From Telmatocola sphagniphila (GTDB lineage Bacteria; Planctomycetota; Planctomycetia; Gemmatales; Gemmataceae), in assembly GCF_018398935.1 (NCBI RefSeq), contig NZ_CP074694.1, forward strand, positions 1,980,001 to 2,012,000: 32,000 nucleotides of DNA, written 5' to 3'. Under the pieces are notes generated by a model. It had not been told where the DNA came from. It was given only the letters and a program-made list of their open reading frames with translations, and did not search any database. Position 1 is the first letter of the stretch. Every line of letters begins with the position of its first letter. The translations under genes and the position numbers were made by a program. Shown piece after piece: positions 9,659 to 16,876 of this stretch.

Positions 9659-10011
9659 ACTATACCTCGGCGAAGATTCTTCTTTGCGTGACGCCCACCG
9701 ACATGCGGAAGAGCTTCGATGGTCTGGCGGCATTGGCCCGCGAGCATCTCAAAAGTGATCCTCTCTCGGGCACCTGGTTCGTCTTTCGCAACAAAAGAGC
9801 GGACAAGTTGAAGCTGCTCTACTGGGACAAAGACGGCTACGTCATCTGGCAGAAGCGTTTGGAGGCCGGAACCTTCGAGATGCCTCAGATAGCCGCGGAC
9901 GCGGCGGGGGTATCGATCTCCTCGAGTGATCTGGCTTTGATTCTCAGCGGCATCGACCTCTCTTCGGTCCGGCGACGCAAACGCTTTGAACTCGAACGTC
10001 AGGCCGGCTGA
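9652..10011 (+). CDS. tnpB: IS66 Orf2 (TnpB) protein
   Basis: 119 aa: ILLCVTPTDMRKSFDGLAALAREHLKSDPLSGTWFVFRNKRADKLKLLYWDKDGYVIWQKRLEAGTF, the hallmark IS66 Orf2 sequence. Confidence 0.9.
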   Translation: MLNYTSAKILLCVTPTDMRKSFDGLAALAREHLKSDPLSGTWFVFRNKRADKLKLLYWDKDGYVIWQKRLEAGTFEMPQIAADAAGVSISSSDLALILSGIDLSSVRRRKRFELERQAG

Positions 10012-10085
10012 AAATCTTTTCGGCAGATCGCACAATTTTTTTTCGAAGCGTTGAAACTTTTTGGGTTCTGGCGCGTATTATCGGT

Positions 10086-10895
10086 ATGGACAATCCATCC
10101 ATTCTCGCTGATGCGTCGCTGCCCGACGATCCCGTCCTTCTGAAAGCGATAATCCGCGAACTGCTCGCTGCCCACGGCGAATCTCAGAAAGAAATCGACA
10201 CCCTTCGACACCGCCTCGATCTGTTGCTCAAACGCGTCTATGGTCCGAAGTCCGATCGCATTCACCCCGATCAACCCAGCGTCTTCGACGAAGCCGATCT
10301 GCCGCAGCCGGCTCCGGCTCTCGAACCGCCAAGGACCGAAGAGCCGACGAAGAATCGAAAGAAAGGGCATGGCCGCAAAGCGCTTCCCGGGAATCTGCGT
10401 CGCGAGACGACGGAGATCGATATTCCCGAGGTCGAGAAGCGGGCCATCGGCGGTAATTGGGTTCGCATCGGAGAAGAGATCAGCGAGAAGCTCGATTACA
10501 AACCTTCCTCGCTATTCGTGCAGCAAACGATTCGACCCAAATACGTGATTCGCTTCGACGACGGCTCCCAAGATCAATTGAAGGTGGCCGAGCTACCTCC
10601 AGACGCCTTCCCGAAATCCAAGGCGGCTCCGGGTCTAATCGCCGATGTCATCGTCTCCAAGCTGGTCGATCACCTTCCCTTATATCGACAGGAACAACGC
10701 TACGCTCGCCAGGGAGTCGAGATCGCCCGATCTACTCTGTGCGTCTGGCTGGCCGACGCCGCCGAAGTGTTGCATCCGTTGTACCAGTTGATGAAAGCCG
10801 ATCTGCTGAATGCTCCGATCCTGCACACCGACGACACCACGGTAAGGGATAAAATCGCAGGTATCGATACAATTCTCGACAATTACAGTGACTGA
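10086..10895 (+). pseudogene. tnpC: IS66 transposase TnpC, N-terminal about 255 aa only
   Basis: N-terminal leucine-zipper-like region, then ...DHLPLYRQEQRYARQGVEIARSTLCVWL...APILHTDDTTV. After that the reading leaves homology (RDKIAGIDTILDNYSD*). It is truncated at the first catalytic Asp region, about nt 10848. Confidence 0.85.
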
Positions 10896-11191
10896 TCGAG
10901 AAGCTTCCAAGTTCTAGAGCAAGTGAGTCCAAGAGTTTCTCGCCGGAGGTTGCCCAGTCACTCCCGCAAAGTTCATACTCGGTGATATACTAATCGATCA
11001 GAAAATTTCGAAGAGTGAGGCTGACATTAACGGCTCGTCTAGCCTGACCTTTCGCGAGTCAACTCATCCGTCCCAAATTTTTCACTGAACGTTTTCCAGC
11101 CCGGCAGCGAATGAGAAGGATCGTTTGTGAATAAGCGAATGCGGCGGTTCCAAACGTTCTTCTCGATTGCGACCAGAAGAGACAGACAGTG

Positions 11192-11395
11192 CTACTTGAT
11201 CTCGGGATCGTTACTCTTCGCCCCAGCCTCCAGCGCCAACCGCGAATTTAGGCTCAGGTCAATCAGTTCCTTGGAGGCCGCTGCCCGCCGGCGAAACGAA
11301 CCAACTCCTAACTGCTTAACCAATCGAGTCGACTTTTGCCGGAGCTCGGATTGAATCGTCTGAACCGCCAGCACTAGAACGGCCGGCAGAATGAT
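11192..11395 (-). pseudogene. Possible N-terminal fragment of a HEAT-like repeat protein with an in-frame TAG
   Basis: Reads ...IILPAVLVLAVQTIQSELRQKSTRLVKQLGVGSFRRRAAASKELIDLSLNSRLALEAGAKSNDPEIK*. The same frame stays open for about 50 more codons after the TAG. It resembles the L..LG...F..R..A...L motif common in planctomycetal proteins (from memory). No clean start codon. Confidence 0.25.
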
Positions 11396-11453
11396 GCTGT
11401 TTATATGAAGACCCCCTCCCAAGTAATTGGACTCGTCTCTTCGCCAGAACCAA

Positions 11454-12839
11454 CTATGCCATTGCCTTTTTCTTGCGCTGATAATCGCGAAGCATGGCAT
11501 CGGTTCGGTTACGGTCATCCTCTCCCTGCAAGCGGCTCAACTGGAAGGCCAGATAACCGAAGCTGGCTAAGGCCGTCAGTAAAGCCAGCGCATTCATGTC
11601 TTTCTTCAGGAACGTGTCGTAGAGGCCATGCAACACGATCGGTATCGCCAGTATTCGGAAGAGACTCGCCCCGTACTCGAACCAGCCATCGGTATTCACC
11701 CAGTCCGGTTTCTGTTGAATCGTAATGGCTGCGGAACCAGTCCAAAGTGCATGCAACGCGACGCAGGATATAAAGCGGACCAAATAGATGCCTGAACTGG
11801 AAATGCCGTTGTATTGCCCACCCGCGTAAACCACGGCCTCCGAGATGCCGAATCCCGCGCCCGAGGCCATCCCCCAGAGGAACGCATTTCGCCAGCTTTG
11901 GCTTTCCTGCTGGGAATGTTTAAACAAGAGCGGAACGGCCTTGCACACCTCTTCGCAAAAGCCGACTCCAAGAGTAAAGCCGACGAAGCTGAGCAGAAAG
12001 CCGTTATCCGGGTCGGTGGCCGCACGATAAGAGAACCCAATGAATTTGACGATGTAAAAGAAAATGATCAGCACGCTACGGCCGATCAGAGTCACCCCAT
12101 AGGTCGCATCGGCGATGTACTGAAACAAAAATAACATCAGCACGCCAACTGTGCCGGTAAAGAGCCCGATCCAAAGTAATCGCTTGGGGTCGGCAGTGCC
12201 GAATAGAGACAGAGAGTAAATGAATATCAAAAAGACAGTGGCGGAGAGACCCGCGAAAAGCCAGTGAAGTTTGCTGTTACGAGGCAGGAAGGCCCCATCG
12301 AATTTGTGCTGGGGTAATATTTCGAAAATCCGTTCAAAAGCGGCCTCTGGATCATTGCTGCTTTCGAGTGCCGCAGTGATGCGATGTTCTACTTCAGGGT
12401 TGGAATTTTCAAGTGTTCTTAGAAGTCGGGGAATCGGTTCGTCCGCCTCCGATGGCTTACGCAGTAGCGAAAATGCCAAAGGTATCAGCGCGGCGATCAG
12501 CAACCAGTGCAAGTGGCGAAACCAGCCCGGCGGATCGTTCGATTTCACTGGGGAGACTTTTGGCTTCGAAGGCGGGGCGTGAAGTTGGCCTCCGACCGGA
12601 ATTTTCGCCTGGGGCGGATCCTCGAACTGCTTGAGAAGGGTATTCTTCCGCTCGGTCTTGGACAAGGGATCCGAATCATAACAATCCGGTTCGGAAGTGT
12701 TCACTTCGGAGGCGGAGGGAGTATCCTCAGAAATGGGCGAATCCAACAGTAATGCGGCGGCTACTTCATCTTCCGAAGGGGGTGTAGGAATGGTCACCCG
12801 CGTTTTACAACCGGGACAGGCGACGGGTGACACTGGCAC
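11454..12839 (-). CDS. PrsW-family intramembrane protease with an N-terminal CxxC motif and a long low-complexity linker
   Basis: 461 aa with a GTG start. The N-terminus is ACPGCKTRVTIP. The C-terminal polytopic region carries CEEVCK (EExxK), GFGISEAVVY, CVALHALW and LHGLYD, matching the conserved E-E-x-x-K / F-x3-E / H-x3-D pattern I associate with PrsW (PF13367). Confidence 0.75.
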   Translation of the reverse strand: MPVSPVACPGCKTRVTIPTPPSEDEVAAALLLDSPISEDTPSASEVNTSEPDCYDSDPLSKTERKNTLLKQFEDPPQAKIPVGGQLHAPPSKPKVSPVKSNDPPGWFRHLHWLLIAALIPLAFSLLRKPSEADEPIPRLLRTLENSNPEVEHRITAALESSNDPEAAFERIFEILPQHKFDGAFLPRNSKLHWLFAGLSATVFLIFIYSLSLFGTADPKRLLWIGLFTGTVGVLMLFLFQYIADATYGVTLIGRSVLIIFFYIVKFIGFSYRAATDPDNGFLLSFVGFTLGVGFCEEVCKAVPLLFKHSQQESQSWRNAFLWGMASGAGFGISEAVVYAGGQYNGISSSGIYLVRFISCVALHALWTGSAAITIQQKPDWVNTDGWFEYGASLFRILAIPIVLHGLYDTFLKKDMNALALLTALASFGYLAFQLSRLQGEDDRNRTDAMLRDYQRKKKAMA

Positions 12840-13288
12840 CCCATCTCAATAAACGCAAGTCGATGTAAAATCTAGACTTGGGTGGCACTGTCTATCTGAC
12901 AGTGCCATTTAGAACTCACCCATCCTACAACAACAAATCACCCTATTTCAACCCAGAAGGAATTCATGCCCCGGCGGGTGGCACTGGCAAGCATTCTTAA
13001 TCAGCGCATGTCGTTATCCAATAACGGTTTGAGTGGCACTGGCCATCTGCGAGTGCGTTTCTGCAATAAAGCGTTCTTTCTGCTCGAATTTGTGCCTGAG
13101 AGGGTGACAATTCTCTGGCACTTTTTTCTCCCACGCACTGGCAGTTAGCCAGTGCCACACGGAAATTGGACGAGGATTGAGTCCTACAATTCGCAAAGAT
13201 CAATAAAAAAAACAGCAAGTAACCAGTGCCACCCAAACTGTTACTCAATAACGACTTGAGTTGATTTAGTTAGGTTACCAGTGCCACC
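12826..13288. promoter_or_regulatory. Divergent intergenic region carrying about 7 copies of GGTGGCACTGG, forward in the left half and reverse in the right half, plus two short palindromes built on the same core
   Basis: Forward copies: 12826-12836 (GGTGaCACTGG, overlaps the GTG start of the protease gene), 12881-12890, 12977-12987, 13032-13042. Reverse copies (CCAGTGCCAC[C]): 13149-13158, 13223-13233, 13278-13288. Palindromes: TGGCACTGTC-tatct-GACAGTGCCA (12883-12907) and GCACTGGC-agtta-GCCAGTGC (13135-13155). Confidence 0.6.
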
Positions 13289-13405
13289 CCGCCGATTTTC
13301 TGACTCAAACGACGGCACAGCACATTTTAGCGGGATTGAAGGTATTGGAGATGGCATTCGCAATATTACAAGATATGCCCGCCAACGGCTGGAGGAAATG
13401 GTGCA

Positions 13406-13927
13406 ATGATTTTGGGAAAAACGGACCGTTTTGCAATTGAAATTGGTCAACTAGAATTGTACCCAGAAGCTTCTGGACTATTCGTTCAATTCCGATTTTG
13501 GGTCGCGAATTTTCCGGTCGGCGATTGGGACGATCGGATTCCTTTAGGTGCGAGTATTGATACCGCTTGTTTGATTCGAAACACAGAATGGGCACGGCAG
13601 CTTTCGCCTTTCGCCCCGAGCCTGCCTGACGATATGTTTCGTGCAGTTTACGATGCTTTCTTCGCATACGATTACTCCAAAGACCCGGTTGAAGCCCCGA
13701 ACCTACGAGATCGATTCCATTTGGACGATATTGGCTTGGGAGCCATCCAAGACAAGTACGGACTGATTCTTGTTGTGTCCTTAGAAGGTTTGGAGAGAGT
13801 CATTGTCAAAGATTTGAGACAAGAACAGTTTATCGCAGACGTATCAATGCCACTTGGTTTTGTTGAATCTGTGTTGAACGAATATATTGAATGGGGAAGA
13901 ACGAAGTTGCTTGCGGCAAGAAGTTGA
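13406..13927 (+). CDS. Hypothetical cytoplasmic protein; N-terminus resembles polymorphic-toxin immunity proteins (Imm42-like, tentative)
   Basis: 173 aa. ATG is preceded by GGAGGA at -11. No TM or signal peptide. The MILGKTDRFAIEIG...FRFWVANFPVGDWDD pattern recalls the MIxGxxxxFAIE... starts of an immunity family. That assignment is from memory and unverified. Confidence 0.65.
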   Translation: MILGKTDRFAIEIGQLELYPEASGLFVQFRFWVANFPVGDWDDRIPLGASIDTACLIRNTEWARQLSPFAPSLPDDMFRAVYDAFFAYDYSKDPVEAPNLRDRFHLDDIGLGAIQDKYGLILVVSLEGLERVIVKDLRQEQFIADVSMPLGFVESVLNEYIEWGRTKLLAARS

Positions 13928-13988
13928 GGTATGTATCGCCCCAGCTGGCGATTCTAGGTGTTCGCGGTCTGGTCAAAAACCATATTGG

Positions 13989-14040
13989 GTCGAGGTAGGG
14001 ACTGGGATTACTCCGCCCTGGTCAAAAACTATGTCGCACC
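13989..14040 (-). other. Degenerate second copy of a group II intron 3' end (domain VI-like), no ORF
   Basis: 13989-14020 matches 14146-14178 at about 28 of 32 positions (GTCGaGGTAGGGACtGGGATTACTCC-GCCC). On the minus strand it is followed by CCAAUAU, versus CCAAAAU after the full intron. Weaker similarity to the domain V 3' half and the IEP C-terminal codons extends to about 14095. Confidence 0.5.
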
Positions 14041-14145
14041 GTTCGACTGGATATTTCTCGGGTAAAATTCAGATGAAGGTCGATCGGTGTTGTCCCAAAA
14101 TTGGGGTTCGAATACTAGTCGGCAGCTACCAAGGTTGGATTTTGG

Positions 14146-14218
14146 GTCGCGGTAGGGACGGGGATTACTCCCCGCCCCCCGCACAGATCCGTGCATGCGG
14201 AATTACCGCACACGGCTC
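14146..14218 (-). ncRNA. Group II intron domains V and VI
   Basis: A 34-nt domain V with an AGC triad and an internal 2-nt bulge geometry. Domain VI stem with a bulged A 8-9 nt from the 3' end. Both read directly from the sequence. One G.A mismatch lies in the lower domain V helix. Confidence 0.7.
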
Positions 14219-15694
14219 TTACTTCGGGTGTTTGGCATAGAAGCGTTCGTTTGGAGAAGGATGAAGGATTTTCGGGGAAGGAAGAAGTCGATTGGCGAGA
14301 GGGCCGAATCGCTCCCAAATCAAGCGATTTCTCTGGCTCCGACGCCTGAGCGACTTATACCAGATACGTACAACTTGAGTGTGAAACGATTGCAGAGCGG
14401 GCATGTTCCCTGGGATCGCATGATACTGATAGTACCCTGCCAGCACCTGGCGTAACCAACTTGCTTGCTCGGGGATTGGTTCGTGCCGCCTTTTCGAAAG
14501 CACTTCTTTCACCCGTTGCAAGCGAACCCTCATTCGCTTCTTCGCCGTCTTCCTTTTCACCAGAAATGTTCTGCTCAATCGTTTTACGCCACAACAATGG
14601 GTAAAGCCGAGGAACTCGAACGTTTCTGGTTTCCCTTGGCCACGCTTCTGACGATCTTCGCCCGCGAACCGGCCGAATTCGATCAGCCGCGTTTTCTCGG
14701 GGTGCAATTCCAGTCCAAATTTCTGGAATCGAGCTTTCAGGTCGAATAGAAACCGCTCGGCTTCGCGCCGATACTGGAATCCCAGTGCAAAATCATCGGC
14801 ATACCGGATAACAATGACGTCTCCGTAGGCATGCTTTTGCCGCCACTGGTGCACCCAAAGGTCGAAGACATAATGCAGATACAGATTCGCGAGGAGTGGA
14901 GAGACCACTGCCCCTTGAGGTGTACCCATTTTCGTTTCCGACCAGCGACCGTCTTCGGATACTCCCGCTTTGAGCCATTTCTGGATCAGGCGGAGAATCC
15001 TCGGATCGGCGACCCGGTGCTCGACGAATTTCAGTAGCCATTCGTGGTCGATGGTATCAAAGAAACCCCGAATGTCCGCATCGAGCACCCAATTCACCTT
15101 CTTTCCCATGATTCCGACGTGAAGGGCATCCAACGCATCATGCGCCGAACGCTTCGGTCGAAAACCGTAGGAAAAACCCACGAAATCCGCCTCCCAAATC
15201 TCACTGAGAACCGTCACTATAGCTCGTTGGACTACCTTGTCCTCTAGAGCTGCAATGCCCAACGCTCGCATTCCTCCGTCCGCTTTTGGTATGTGCGTCC
15301 TCCTTACGGGGACAGCTCGATAGCTTCCGGTATGAATGCGGCGATGGAGATCCTCGATTCGATGAGTTAGACCAATTTCGTACTCCTTCCACGTGACACC
15401 ATCATTGCCCGGAGCCGCATCCTTCTGCAAGGTTTTGAAGCTCCGAATCAATAAGGGTATTGTCACATGATGAAGTAAAGCGGTGAATTTTACCTTCTTA
15501 TCCTTTCGTGCCACTTCTCGCACTCGCTGCATTCCGGATGACGCGTTGGCTCCGCTCTGTGTCGGAAACGCGACCTTCTGCAGTAAGTTTCCCGATGTTG
15601 ATAGCCTTCCCTCCATCGTCTCCGCCGGTCTCCGACCTTTGTTCGACGACTTCTCGGGTACTACGCCATCATCCGACTTCTCAAGGCCGTACAT
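14219..15694 (-). CDS. Group II intron-encoded reverse transcriptase/maturase
   Basis: The start is chosen at MYGLEKSDDGVVPEKSSNKG... (ATG 15694), which matches the usual N-terminus of this IEP lineage as I recall it. Supporting motifs: FTALLHHV, RT blocks PKADGGMRALGIAALEDKVVQ, DADIRGFFDTIDH, GTPQGAVVSPLLANLYL and YADDF, plus a C-terminal X/maturase region. No HNH/En domain. The 111 codons upstream in the 602-aa track ORF are ribozyme sequence that happens to be open. Confidence 0.9.
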   Translation of the reverse strand: MYGLEKSDDGVVPEKSSNKGRRPAETMEGRLSTSGNLLQKVAFPTQSGANASSGMQRVREVARKDKKVKFTALLHHVTIPLLIRSFKTLQKDAAPGNDGVTWKEYEIGLTHRIEDLHRRIHTGSYRAVPVRRTHIPKADGGMRALGIAALEDKVVQRAIVTVLSEIWEADFVGFSYGFRPKRSAHDALDALHVGIMGKKVNWVLDADIRGFFDTIDHEWLLKFVEHRVADPRILRLIQKWLKAGVSEDGRWSETKMGTPQGAVVSPLLANLYLHYVFDLWVHQWRQKHAYGDVIVIRYADDFALGFQYRREAERFLFDLKARFQKFGLELHPEKTRLIEFGRFAGEDRQKRGQGKPETFEFLGFTHCCGVKRLSRTFLVKRKTAKKRMRVRLQRVKEVLSKRRHEPIPEQASWLRQVLAGYYQYHAIPGNMPALQSFHTQVVRIWYKSLRRRSQRNRLIWERFGPLANRLLPSPKILHPSPNERFYAKHPK

Positions 15695-16340
15695 GTCAGG
15701 ATTATGGGTTATCCCCTTTCCCGACCGATCCGACGAACCATCTTCGACGGATGAACTTGAGATCTCCCGGTTCCCGCGCAAAGAGTTTTCCCACATGCTC
15801 AGGGCCTCCGACTGCGTAGAGTTCCAGGAAGACTCGCCTATGATGCCCTCCTCGATGTGGCCTTCCGCTTCGGATAACAGCGTCGGCACCCCAGATGACG
15901 TGATTTCGCAGCTCGATACCTGGCCTGTGTGTGCCCCTGTCAACGCTTCACCGACAGCCTCGCGACTGGCGGCGTATGACTCGGGGTCGAGATGACTGGC
16001 TAAGTCTTCCTCGCGTGACTCTTTCATTCACTACTCCTTGCCGGTTTCGCCGGCGCACTAACCGTGCTGTGAAATGCGTCCTTGCGTACTTTGCTAGTCT
16101 GGAGAGTTTCTTTAACGGAGACTTTCTGTCCCGAACCGAATTCTGGTCGCATTTGTAGCCGAATTAAAGCTGTAGGGATTTTGGCATTTTGAAGGGTGTT
16201 TTGCCGAATACCGGGGAATATTGGAGCGGTCTGATGACCGAGACCGGGGTGTTGCGATGGGCCGGCGTAGTCCGGCACGAGGCGCTGCCGTTCGCCGCGA
16301 GCAGCAGAGGTTCGTAGAGTAACGGGCTTCCTGCGACTGA

Positions 16341-16619
16341 TTACTTTTTGGCTTGTCGGGTTTGATATTCGTTGAGCCAGCGTTCGAGTAAATCGACGGC
16401 GGTGAGGAAGTCGTAATCGAGGGTGAGCAAGAGGTCGATGTTGTTGAAGTTTTTTTGGCAGTCGAAGCAGTGGGCGAGGTTGTTGCGTGGGTTGACGGTA
16501 GCCCGCATTTCGCCGCAGTTGGGGCAGAGGAAGCGGAAGTAACCTTCGCTCATTTTCGAAGGTGGCCCATCGGCTCCCAGACTGACTAAGTCAACCCGAC
16601 TGTACCCCAGTTTTCCCAC
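16341..16619 (-). CDS. Small CHC2/primase-type zinc-finger protein
   Basis: 92 aa (GTG start; alternative ATG at 16553). FLCPNCGEMRATVNPRNNLAHCFDCQKNFNNIDLL aligns by eye with the DnaG zinc-binding motif CPFHxxxxPSFxVxxxxxxxHCFGCxxxGxxIDF, with CPNC in place of CPFH. Confidence 0.55.
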   Translation of the reverse strand: MGKLGYSRVDLVSLGADGPPSKMSEGYFRFLCPNCGEMRATVNPRNNLAHCFDCQKNFNNIDLLLTLDYDFLTAVDLLERWLNEYQTRQAKK

Positions 16620-16876
16620 CTGGAAAATCTGCTAATCCGGTTAACACTTGGGAGATATTTTGCAGTTCGAACAGTGTCACTCTCGCACACCGAAATAGAC
16701 GCGAACTCGAGTGCCCTATCCCGCTTCGATTCTCAAATATATCCGTAAACTATTGTAAATAATAGGTTTATATCATGTCCCTCAAAAATACTCTCGCCGA
16801 CTTGAGAGTATTTATTCCGAGGAGTGTCACGTTTGGGGAGAGGAATGTCATGAGGCAAATAACTCCACTGACATCC

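Larger units (their letters stand above)
9252..10848 (+). mobile_element. IS66-family element, three-ORF type, 3'-truncated
   Basis: Left end is TGTGAGCGTTCTGCC at about 9252, resembling the GTAAGCG-type IS66 terminus. tnpA, tnpB and the N-terminal 250 aa of tnpC follow in canonical order. No right end or right inverted repeat was found. Confidence 0.75.
14146..16058 (-). mobile_element. Group II intron, about 1,913 nt, compact, with an En-less RT/maturase
   Basis: On the minus strand the 5' end is GUGCGCCGGCGAAACCGG... at 16058. Domain V (GAGCCGUGUGCGGUAAUUCCGCAUGCACGGAUCU, 14218-14185) immediately follows the IEP stop. Domain VI is a hairpin (GGGGCGGGG-AGUAAU-CCCCGUCCC) with a bulged UA, and the end ...CCGCGAC falls at 14146. 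The 5' boundary is less certain than the 3' boundary. Confidence 0.75.

Noticed and set aside
11405-12752. Several 60-114-aa ORFs on both strands within the PrsW-like gene
   Set aside because: They overlap a frame that carries the conserved protease motifs, and they have no features of their own.
12883-13050. The TGGCAC cores of the repeated motif resemble sigma-54 -24 elements
   Set aside because: None of the copies has a TTGC/GC -12 element at the required spacing (TGGCAC-N5-TTGC). The downstream bases read ...TGGCAAGCA, ...TGGCCATCTGC and ...TGTCTATCT. Half the copies also point the wrong way for either flanking gene.
12826-13288. A possible CRISPR-like array, given the repeated short motif
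   Set aside because: The repeat unit is only 10-11 bp, the spacings are irregular, the orientation flips midway, and there are no cas genes. I saw no CRISPR array anywhere in the window.
13887-14240. 117-aa plus-strand ORF
   Set aside because: It lies across intron domains V/VI and the degenerate intron remnant on the opposite strand. The sequence is structured-RNA-derived and shows no protein features.
15695-16027. N-terminal 111 codons of the 602-aa track ORF as part of the RT
   Set aside because: This lineage of intron proteins starts at MYG.EKSD... as I recall it. The upstream stretch follows the GUGCG 5' end and looks like ribozyme domain I-III sequence that simply lacks stops.
16059-16278. 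Alternative intron 5' end at GUGCC (16278), giving a 2.13-kb intron
   Set aside because: GUGCC is non-canonical. It would also push the domain I-like strings (UUAGCC, AGGUAUC) about 220 nt further from the 5' end than in the model introns I remember. It is kept as a fallback because a 364-nt pre-ORF ribozyme is short.
16655-16675. GCAGTTCGAACAG resembles a tRNA T-loop (GTTCGAA)
   Set aside because: There are no complementary T-stem arms and no acceptor, D or anticodon arms around it.
16745-16768. AT-rich imperfect palindrome AAACTATTGTAAATAATAGGTTT upstream of the zinc-finger ORF
   Set aside because: It is imperfect, single, and sits in generally AT-rich promoter-like DNA. That is not enough to call an operator.
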